NCBI GenBank assembly: GCA_002633005.1 | Contig: NMRA01000017.1 | Coordinates: forward strand, 1,611,475-1,675,474 | Reading direction: 5' to 3' | DNA length: 64,000 bases | DNA from: Phoronis australis | Taxonomy: Eukaryota; Animalia; Phoronida | Shown: positions 28,601 to 40,600 of the stretch, in pieces | Layout: each line of letters opens with the position of its first letter | How positions within the stretch are numbered: the first letter of the stretch is position 1 | Notes under the pieces: model-generated | The model's database searches: none | What the model saw: only the letters and a program-made list of their open reading frames with translations | What the model was told of the DNA's origin: nothing | Made by a program: the position numbers and the translations under genes

Positions 28601-31600
28601 GTTGGGCACATTGCACAAAACAAAAGCACGAGAGTCCAATTATGACTCCTTGTGAAGAAAGTTTTCAAGTCTACTACTCTCCTTTAGGAAAACGGACAGA
28701 CATTTCCATTTGTTGCCATGCACTATATGTTGTAGGCATGTAACAGTGCCATCCAGTATTCTCCTTAGCTTATAAAAAGCTGGGCAAGACTCTACCAGGT
28801 GTTTAGGAGATTCTACATCAGTACCACACTCGGGACACACACAGGGCTCCCCATATGCCCAGTAATCGTCTGTGTTGGGCTAGGTTGCAGTGGCCCGTCA
28901 AAATTTGAATGATGTGTCTTATCTAGACTCAGAAGGATTTTGAATCTGTTTGTTCAATCATGTTGGGGAAATTCTCTTTGGTCTCTCTGCAGGAGTTCAG
29001 TGATGTCCACTGGGCTGCTGACTGGGTATGTACCCAGTTGCGTATACTCATCCTGCAACATCCGTACGATACCCGGATAGCAGGTTCAGGCACAAAATGC
29101 AGAACGCTCGCTCCTATCTTTGCGACTCTGTCTGCATTCTCATTGCCATCAATTTCCACACGGGCCCCGACCCAGTGTATATTGACGGTTATTTCAATTG
29201 CAAGCTTGTTAAGCTCATTAATACAAGCATTAACACGACGAGAGTTGACCCTTAGTTTCTTTAGGGCTTTTATTGCTACCGGCCTGGCTATCTGAAAACA
29301 TGGTAATTGGCTGTTTGCCAAGCTCAGTGTTATATTGTTGAGCCAGTTGAGCAGCTCTATTAATTGCAGTGATCTCAGCCGTGGCAAGATTGCCTATAGC
29401 GATACCTAGTTTTCTGTATCTGCAACAGGAAAGCTTGGAAAATAGATTCCAGCACCTGTCTGGCCATTTTCCAGTTTAGAGCCATCCGTATAACAAACCA
29501 CCTCATTCTTGTGTTCTGCGGTAAGCCATTCATCACCAATTTCCGTGAAGAAATTGTTTGTATGATTTAAAGCTGTGACCTGGAAATCACTAGGCATGTT
29601 CCATAGTGGCCCGGTCTTGGCCATTCGCTTATTGCAAACATTCTTGTGGCTTCTGTGTGCAATGGAGTCAGGGATGTTAGTTTTCACCCACTGACCATTA
29701 CATCTGAGAGGAAGTGCAGCACATGCAGCTTCACCCTCAAGTGTTGTTAGACCAATTACCATTTCTAGGGCTGCAGAAAGCGTTCCTGGAAAAGTAGGTT
29801 TTATGCAGACAAGCTAGGTGTTGCAACTGCCTAAGTTTGTTGATAATTGTTATCTATTTTAATGCTGTTACCCATACCAACGCAGCATAGGTCATTATAG
29901 GTCGGATAACAGCAGTATAAATTCAAAACATATTCTTGGGAGACATTCCTCAAGTTTCACCCACCGCACGACTGCATCTCACCAATGCAGATAAATGGCT
30001 TTTGAGATTTTTTCTGTAATATGAAAAAATCTCAAAAGCCAAATTTGCGTTGGTGATTTATTTGGCTTTTGAGATTAATTTAATTTATGAACAAGTTGTA
30101 CTAAATAGATAGGATCTTGTGAAAGTTTGTTCCCATTACTGATTCATTTGAAGATTCAGAGACTGGGGTTCCTTGATTGAGGAAGCGCCAGACTTGAGGC
30201 CTATTCTCAACATTTTGCTGTCACAAATTAGTGTTGTGGTTTCAGCATTCTTAAGAGAGGACCCTGTATATTCATCTACATGAGCGTGTATGAAGTACAT
30301 TCAACTGAATTCCAATGACACAGAATTTTTGTAGAGCAGGACTGAATGGCTTCTGCAGCCACCTGGTTGTAAAAGGAGGTACTTCAACATCTTATGTCTA
30401 AAGCGGAATATTAAAACTGTATAAAAAGGATTTTGTAAATATTGACAGGGATACATTTTGATCTATTTTCATGAAAGGGGGACTTTTTTATCACCAGTAT
30501 ACTAAATTAATTTTCAGTTTTTCCTCACAAAATTTAAAGAGTTTTACCTCTCAGAAATTTTTGTCAGCTGCCGACTTCATCAGTGACCACTAGTTGGACA
30601 AAGTCAGTGGACTGGAAACTAAGATTTAAGAAGCCATCTGGATTAAGTCGGAGAAAAACAGCACGAGTGGGGGTGTCAAGATCAGCCATGTGTACAAGTC
30701 TCTTTACAGTGCCATCTAGTCGTAATTGATGCAGTCAGCAGATAAACAAGGCAGCCAACAAAAATTTCTGCAAAGTAAAACTTTTAAATTTTGGGAAAAA
30801 AAAATTAAAAACTTTTTAGTATATTGATTACGGTTGCTGAATTCTCCATCATTAGGTTAATGAATTCTTAATTTATTGTCATGATCATAGTTAAGAGAAT
30901 TTTTCTATATCAGTTCACATGGTCAACTAATATGCCGAAGACTCCATCCCCAATGTTCACTTATAATTTAATTCATGTTGCAAATGCTGGACGTACCTCG
31001 TGTGGTTCTTTCAAGCCAATGAACTGGACCAATATTCGCCTCATCTCTTCCTCATCAGCCAATGGTGACCGCAGCACACGTTGAATTAACACCAACTGAA
31101 TTTCTGGTGCCCCCATCTGGGCAAGCAGGTCTATGCCAAGGTAACGATCATCAAGGCACCTTTCACTCATTGGCGAACATGTGACATTCATCAACTTGTC
31201 AGCGACAGATAGCAGGTCCACAACTGACAATCGTTGCATGTGGTTTCGAAGGTTGTGAACACACTCTGTACGGTTGGGTGCATCTAGTAATTAATATACA
31301 TAGTCAAAGTTAGCATGAATGCATTTATGGAGCAACAACACATTCCAAACAACAGCATCTCATTATCCCTGAACAAAAATTGTGTGTCAGTAATAAATTA
31401 CACAGTGCCTTGTATTTAGGTCCCTTGGGTGGGCGAATGCACCCTTCTGCTGCATCTGTGGCAGATTGTCACCCACCTTTACAGTTCAACATATTATATA
31501 AATTTTGTATTTATCGATACCTGTAGTAGTTTAGTTTGTCATAATATATATGACCTTTTATCTCACCTACACATGTTGTTTCACTGTAAACTAGCTTCGG

Positions 31601-34600
31601 TATCGCTTTGCAGTTAGCACATACAAATACTGTACTTGCTAATTACTTGAAATTATTATTTCATTATTTTAAATTAATATCACTTCTTAAGTGGGCATGT
31701 TTACTGCGGCGCAAGGGAACCGAGTCAGTGGCCACAATTTAACAATCAGTAGACTGGTCAGGTGGGCAGATCTGTAGACAGGTATGAAGCCATGCATAGC
31801 AAAGTACACACAATATATGGTAACATTAAATGTATTTACACTTGTTTGTGTGATTCCTTATGCATCCAATCAAGGAGTCAATCTCTGATGACGCGTTGCT
31901 CAATGACACCATCTTAGGGGGAGCCTGTCAATAGATACAATCTTTTGAAAATGACAATATTGAGTCAGATAAAGAACAGAAATGTATACTGCAGACTAAC
32001 AGACCATCAAAAGAAATGTACGCACTTGTCTAGACTACATGCCCAAGACCAAAAGCTATGCTGGTGCGATGACATGGACCCAAAGTGCATAGCAAACGAT
32101 ATATTTCTAGGAGCCATTAGGTCATACTGCAGCAGTAACATCTAGCCTTAAAATCAAATGGTGTCAGCATATTGTAATCATATACCTCTAAGTCAAGTTT
32201 CATAGAAATCCGTCCAATGTTCTCTAGATGATCCAAAAAACGCTGATCCCTAAAAACTCGAAAGTCAATCGTTCTCTAGGTATCATCCCAAACGTTCTTT
32301 CCCTATAGATTGCAAAGAATGTTAATGAAAACAACCACGGATTTAAACCTCCTTGGCATGTTTCAGCATATATTAAAACACCATTCTCATAAAACAAGAG
32401 CAACGCGGAGCATTGAAATGCGCCCACAAATGCACTGCAAACAGTGTGCTTCTAGGGGTGTTTATTTAGAACATAAAACCAGCCACTAGGTGATGCAAAA
32501 TACTTTGAATCCATCCAAAAACTGGTGTCATCAAAGTTGCTTACCAAATTTCATAAAAATCCGTCAAGAAACTTCTGAGAAACCATGGAAAACAAAAAAG
32601 GAAATTGCCACTAAGAGGCTATACGCTCAAAAAACTGCCACTAAGAGGCGCCACAGCAGATAAGTCATTGGAAAATCATCGTCAGACTTCCACTTCACAT
32701 TAACAACATACATGCCAATTTCCACAACCATCCTTAGAGTGGATTGGTTGACAGAGGGGCAGATGCCGAAAATAACGCGGAGCGTTGAAATGCGCCCACG
32801 AATGCATCGCAAATGGTGTGCTTTTTGTATCATTAAAATGGCCACTAGATGGCACAAAATTACTCCGGATCCATCTGAAAACCAAAAAATGTCATCATTT
32901 CTTTAAAAGAAAGCCATTTACCAACTTTAATTAAAATTCGGGGAGGAACTTCAGAGAAACAGAGTAAAACAATAAACGAAATTGCCACTAGGGTGCACAG
33001 TGTTCATCGGATCCGTCTACTGTCGTCATCTTCTCTTGTTAACTTCATATAAACATGTGCTTAATTTAATAAAGATCCTGCAGAGGGCTTAGGAGATACA
33101 CTGTATATGTGCAAAAAAACAAAACCGCCACTAGGAGGCCCCACAGTAGTCGAAGTCATCAGAAAATCATCGGCAACCGCCGATACCCTTCATAGAAAGA
33201 ACATACATGCCAACTTTCACAATCATCCTATTAGAGTGGTTTGGTTGACAGAAGTATGAATGCTAAAAAGAGACTCAAATACAACAAAAAAGGCCACTAG
33301 GTGGCGCAAAAAAATTTGAATCAATCCGAAGATATATGGCTAGGATCACCTCACTAAAGGATGTCTATGTCACAAATTTTATGGAAATCCGTTGAGTACC
33401 TTAAGATACAGCGATAAACATAAAAAACTAAAATTGCCACAAGGGGCACACCGGTAGACCCACCTGTCCAAAAGTTGTCATCTGTTGCCAACTTTATATA
33501 AATACATTTGCTAAATTTAATAAAGATCCTATAGATCGTTTACGAGACAAAGCCATGAGCATAAAAACAAACAAAACTGCCACAAGGAGGTGCCACATTT
33601 AAATAGTCAAAGTCATCGGAAAATCATTGTCAACTGTCTTCTTCATAGTAAGACCATACATGCCAATTTTCACAATCATCCCTAGAGTGCTTTGGTTCTT
33701 AGAGGGGCGGACACCAAAAAACAACTCGAAAATAGTGAAAATGGCCACTAGATGGTGAAAAATCCATCGAAGCAATCCGAAAACGGGTCAGGATAGCGTT
33801 AACTCATCATGTTCCAAATTTCAGGAAAATTTGTTGAAGACCTTTGAAGATACAGAGGCAAACGTAAAAAAACTAAAATTGCCACTAGGGAGCACAGCAG
33901 TATTCAAGTCTGTCTGAAAGTCGTCACCCTCTGTAGACATCATAGGAACATACCTGCCAAATTTCAATACAATCCTGCAAGGGGTTTAGGAGATACAGCC
34001 ACGGACGCCCAGACAGAGATGACGGCAATATGTGACCACATATAAATATGTGGGCGCATAAATATGGCCACTAGGTGGCACAAAATGCCTTGAATTCAAC
34101 CGAAAACTTCACTAATAGATACCTATCTGTCAAATTTTATGAAAATCCATTGACGACCTTTGAAGATATAGAGGTGAACGTAAAAAAGTAAAAAGGCAAC
34201 TACGGGGCACACCTGAGTAGTCTGATCCGACTGAAAGTCGTGCTCTGTTGCCAACTTCAGACAAATACACCAGCAAAATTCAATAAAGATCCTCTGGAGC
34301 GTTTAGGAGATACAGCCATGGACGCAAAAACAAGTCTTTGGAAAATCATTGTCAGCCGCCCCCTTCACAGCAAGAACATGTATGCCAATTTTCAAAATCA
34401 TCCCTTGAGCCGTTTGGTTGATAAAAGGGCAGAAACTAAAACTCGAAAACAGTAACAAGAGCAATGCTGGGCGTTGAAATGCGCCCACGAATGCATCGCA
34501 AATGGCGTGCTTTTAGGGTTGTTTATTTCTGTCATAAAAATGGCCACTTGATGGCGCAAAAACATACAATCCATCCGAAAAAGGGAACATGTCATTGCTT

Positions 34601-37600
34601 CTTAAACAGAAAATACAAAAATTGCCACTAGAGGCATACCAGTAGTCAGAATCATCCTTAAGTCGTCATCGTCCGTTGTCAACATCACATAAATACACTT
34701 GCTATATTTAGTAAAGACCCTACAAACAGTTTGGGAGATACAGCCATGGGCGCAAAAAAAAACTGCCACTAGGTGGCACCACAGTAATCAAAATCATGGG
34801 AAATTCAGCGTCAACCGTCCTCTTCATAGTAAGAACATACATGCCAATTTTCACAATCATACTTAGTGCGGTTTGGTTGATAGAGGGGTGGACGCCAAAA
34901 AACATACTCAAAAACAGTAAAAATGGCAACTAGGTGGCACAAACTACGTTGAATCCATCCGAAGACGGGTGGGTAGCGTCATGACACTAATAGGTGCCTA
35001 CATACCAAATTTCATGAAAATCCAAATTTCATAAAGATCCTGCGAACGGTTTAGGAGATACAGCCATAGGCCCAAAAACAAAACCAAACTGCCACTAGGA
35101 GGTGGCACAGTCGTCCAAATCGTCTGAAAATCATTGACAGCTGTCCTCTTTATAGTAAGCACATACATGCCAATTTTCACAATCATCCTTTGAGCGGTTT
35201 GGTTGATAGAGGGGTGGACGCAAAAATACAGACTCGAAAACAGTAAAAATGGCTACTAGGTGGCACAAACTACGATGAATCCATCCGAAAATGGGTGGGT
35301 AGCGTCATCTGACTAATAGGTGCCTACATACCAAATTTCATGAAAATCCATTCAGGACTTTTGAAAATACAAAGGTAAGCGTAAAAAATTAAAATTGCCA
35401 CTAGGGGGCACACTGGTTATCGGATCCGTTTAAAAGTCGTCATCTTCTGTTGTTAACATCAGATAAATATACTTACAAAATTTCATAAAGATCCTTCGAA
35501 CAATTTAGGAGATACAGCCATAGGCGCAAAAAAAAAAAAAAACTACCACTAGGAGGCGCCACAGTAGTCGAAATAGTCGGAAAATCATCGTTAACCGTCC
35601 TCTACATAGTAAGCATATACATGCCAATTTTCACAATCATCTTTTGAGCGGTTTTATTGATAGAGGGGTGGACGCACAAAAACAGACTCGAAAACACTAA
35701 AAATGGCCACTAGGTGGCGCAAACTATGTCGAATCTATCTGAAAACAGGAGGATAGCGTCATCTCACTAATAGGTGCCTACATACCAAATTTCATGAAAA
35801 TCCGTTCAGCACTTTTGAAGATACAAAGGTAAGCGTAAAAAACTCGGATCCGTCCGAAAGTTCGCACATGTCGTCCCATTCATGAATGAAACATATGTGC
35901 CAAATTTCATGAACGTATGTCAAAGGGTTTTGGAGATAAAGCAGCGGACGCCGGACGGACGTCGGCCGGACGGACGTCGGCCGGACGGACGTCGGCCGGA
36001 CGGACGGACGGACAGAGATGATGGCATAATGCGTCCACATATAAATATGTGGGCGCATAAAAATGGCCACTAGGTGGTGCAAAGAACCGTGAATCCGTCT
36101 GAAATTGGGAAAATGCCAAATTTTATGAAAATCCGTTGAGTACCTTCGAAGATACAGAGGTATGCTTAAAAAACTGAACTTGCCAGTACGGGGCACACCA
36201 GTAGTTGCAGAGGTCTGAAATTCGTCATCCGTTGTCAGTGTCATAGGAATACATTTGCCAAATCTCATCCAAGATCCCATGAGGATTTTAGGAGAAACAG
36301 CTGTGGACCCTGTGGTGTGCCAGTTGCCTATTGAGACTGGGCAGAGCCTCACGAATTTTCAGCTCCTTCATTTTTTATGCTTGGTTTATTATCAAAAGAC
36401 ATTGAGAGAGTATGGCTCATAACAATAATTGGAGTTCTACAGATCAATATTAATATGTGAACTTATGTCAAAATTTAGATGCTCCACAGGTCTGGGTTTT
36501 CAAATGGCAAACAGTTTCGTCTATATAACTGGAGCAACATTCAGCACAGATAAATTTGTACACTACCCTGGACCGCAGACCCATGGGAATTTTGTCCTCA
36601 GGTTTAAATAAATTAGACAGTTTCAGAGACTTGACTATTAAAATACCTTAAATACGTCCGAACACGGGAATATAGCATCATCTCTTTAATAGATACTTAT
36701 ATGCCAAAGTTTAAGAGATCGGTCAAGGACCTTTGAAGATACAAAGGAAAACGTCAAAAAAATTAAAATTGCCATTAGGGGACACACCAGTTGTTAGATC
36801 TATCCACAAATTAGCTCATGCCGTACCATACAAGAAAGGAACATGTACCCAAAATTTCATGAACATACATCAAAGGTTTTGGAGAAAGAGCAGCGGACAG
36901 CGGCCGGACAGTGGACAGCGGCCGGACAGTGGACGGCCGCCGTATGGTGATCAAGGCATAATGGGTCCACAAATAAATATGTGGGCACATAAAAAACTAG
37001 ACGAGACTGCAGTTTATTTAATTATTATTTATTAATGTAATATTTACAATGAGGGTAGCCCCATCAGTTCACACTGCTTTCCATGGGGGAACTCAGTAAA
37101 AAACAAACAGATAGTAAGACAAAAAACAGAATTACAAAATGAAAGAAAAATTTAAGTAATAAGCAAAGAATAAGAAATTAACACGCAAAGACTGATGAAG
37201 CAAAATAAAAAATAAAATATAATAAGTAGAAGATAAAGAAATTAAGACAAGATAATTAACTAAAATATAAATATAAATAATTAATAAAAGTAAGACATTA
37301 TATAAATAACAAATATATAAACATGCAATTTTTACATAATACATGAAGTTAAATCTGACTATTTCTTATAATTCTTTTAAAGGTTAGAAAGGATGATGTA
37401 GATTTGGCATCTGCAGGGAGAGAGTTCCATAAAAAGGGCCCGCTGTAGGAAAATGATTTTTTCCCAGTTTCGCTTCTGCGTTTAGGAAGATTGAAATCAG
37501 ATGATGAGGACCTAGTATTGTAGCGATTAGAAGTCATCTTAAACTTAGCACATAAGTAAGATGGGACAAGACCTTTAAAACATTTGTACATACAACAAGC

Positions 37601-40600
37601 AGATAGGAATTGAGGTCTTTTGTGAATTTTCATTATACCAGTCTCTTTATGAACTCAAGGTTTTCGATGTTAATATCTCTAACACCAGCTCCCAGAATAA
37701 TCCTTGCAACTCTCGATTTGGATAACCTGGATGGTAATTTCACAATTTTCATGAGGAAAACCTCAACAATCTTCTAGCTATTTCTTTACTTCATATCAAC
37801 TGCTCATTCCTGGTGCCATTTTATTTTTAATTCAGAAATGTAGTCCAACTGAAACAGCCAATGAGCATTTTTATTTATCCTAAATTCTTAATGAATTCTC
37901 ACTCTAATTTTTGCAAGTCTGAATTCTCACTCAATTCTGACTCAGAAACTTTCTAAGTCTGAAATTCTCACTGGGTTCTTACTTTCAATTTGTCTATATC
38001 AAAAATTCTCACAAATTCCCACTTTTTTTCGCACACCCACGACTCTTTCAAATTCTGACTGGACTGTAACTCAACTGGTTCTTTTAGTGATAATCTCACT
38101 GGAATCTCATTGGAAACCAGTGAGGTTCTTAACTTCTTTTTCATAAGGGTAGGTTCTCAGGAAAGACGGTCAATGACTGGTTGCTTGGCTTGGGTGTTGT
38201 ATTGTCATGCCAGTTAAGCAGCTCTATCAACTGCAGTGACCTCAGCCTGGAACACTGTGGCAAAATTACCTAGTGCTACCCAGGTTCTGCATCCCCAATA
38301 GGAAGCCAATACTGGCCTGGCTGTTTTCTAATTCAGAGCTGCCAGTGTAACAAACAGTTATGACATTCACCCACCAACAGAGTGCTGAGCACATAATATA
38401 CACTCAGAGCCTTACCAGAGATGTCAAAATGGAATCCATTCTCAAGTCATCATGAATTTCCATAGAATGTCTGCGGAACCTACTGATAAAAATCAAACAA
38501 TATTAAAACTACCGTATTCGCCCTAATAACCCCCCAGGGCGCTTAGAAAAATTCGCTTTAGGAATTTTTATTATTAATAGCCCAAAGTGGTTGAAACCCA
38601 GTCTCCGAAACATGTGAAATTGTAAGCTAGAATTCATCAAATTTACGCTCTGTGACGCATCTGTAAACTATGACAGGGTTTCAACAAAATTGTTGAGGGA
38701 GAAGATCTGTATGGGAAAGAGACAATACAATCTCTTTGACAAGTACACTGCGCCTGTTCTGAAAGCCCAGACCATAATAGGACACATCCCTCGCAAGATC
38801 AGTAAAACTTCTGCGTTCCTTTTTGAAGTTTGGCGAAAATTTGAAGTGTATAGTCACGACTAAATACCGACATAGCGGCGAGGCACATGGTCTACAAATT
38901 CTGCACACAATGAGTTTTTCAGGACAATCGGATCTTATCGATAAATTGACGTTACTGTAGAACTTTAGAACTGTAGGTATACAAGAAATTTTTTGCATGT
39001 ACACAGCATTCATGGACTAGTCTGAAAACGCTTAGTGGGGCACTTATTAGTGCAAATACGGTAACAGACAAAATAAAACCAAATTTGTGTTGTGTCAATC
39101 AAGCTCCATGGCATAAACTGCTTTTTGCGTACTTTGTTATCACATTCAGTGCAAAATGTGTTATTTGTATTGTAATGATTCAAGTCCAGCAAAACAACGT
39201 TTCAAGTGTTCCAAATCAACTATATGGGGATGGTTATTTAAATGGTAATTTGCCACTAATGCACTTATACTTACATTTTGTCTTTCAGCACTACCTTTAC
39301 TCTTGAAGATGTTGAAATGACTGGAACCTCTGCAAAGAATTTTGTTGTTTAATACCACTTCAAGGAAAACGAATGAGACCAATGTGGAGGAGACAGTGTG
39401 GCTCATGTGGGAGCTCTAGACTCCTGTTTGTGAGACCACATAATATGTCAAACAAGACAAGAGCAATGTAGAGCATTGAAATGCACCAACGACTGCACCT
39501 GACAAATGATGTGCTTCTAGTGGTGTTTTTATTATAAAAATGGCCATAAAAGATGGCTCACAACATGTCAAAACCGTCCAAAGCTATGAACGCGTCATTT
39601 CTCTACAACAAAACTATTTGCAAAATTTCATGAAAATCTGCCAAGGAACTCCAAAGATACAGATGTGGACATAAAAATTAAAAAAAAAAGTAATTACCAT
39701 TCAAGGTATCTCAAACCTTATTCACAAAAATTCACCGTTTTATAAAATTTCACAAATGTCTAGCAAAATATCCTATCTTCATTCTCGGGGAACTTCAAAA
39801 AAGGAAATGTGTACTATATGAAAAAGATTCAGTAGCACCAACTTCAATTGCATGGAATTTTGTTCACTACTTATCCGAGGTAAAAAATTACAGGGCTGTC
39901 ACTCAATCGAATCTCCTGCAAGGTATAGAACAGCTCGGTATGTACCCTTAGTCCTTTCATTCCACAAGTCGCCATAATACTGAGTCAACGAAGTGTACAC
40001 AACAGAAAGATGACACAGAACACAAAGATAATGAGAGCAAAACGGAGCGTTGAAATGCACCCACGAATGCATCCCAAATGGTGTGCTTTTAGGGTTATTT
40101 ATTAGTATCATAAAAATGGCCACAAGATGGTGCAAAAACGTTCACTCCATCCAAAAACGGGATCATGCCATATTTCACAAAATCTGTCAAGGAACTTCAG
40201 AGAAACGAAGGAAAACAGAACAAAGTGAAATTGCCACTTAATGTGGGCACAGCATCCGTTCGATCTGCCTGACAATCATCATCTGTTATCTTCACATAAA
40301 TTCACTTACTAAATTTAATAAAGATCCTGCATTGGGTTTTGGAGATACACTTATGGGCGGAAAACAAAACAAAACTACCACTAGGAGGCGCCATAGCAGT
40401 CAGTCGCCATCATCAAACGTTCTCTTCACACTGAAAACATATAGGCCAGTTTTCAAAAGCATCCCCAGAATGATTTGGTTGATCAAGAGGTGGACTCCAA
40501 AAACAAGATTACAAATCAGCAAAAATGACCACCAGGTGGCACAAAATACCTCGATTCCATCCAAAAACAGGATGATAGCGTCATCTCATCACCAAATTTT

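Noticed and set aside
35792-36352. 186-aa ORF with VRPTS repeats
   Set aside because: Translation of the HINE microsatellite and array
37132-37344. Hydrophobic ORFs (also 58541..58753)
   Set aside because: AT-rich LINE 3' UTR, not membrane proteins
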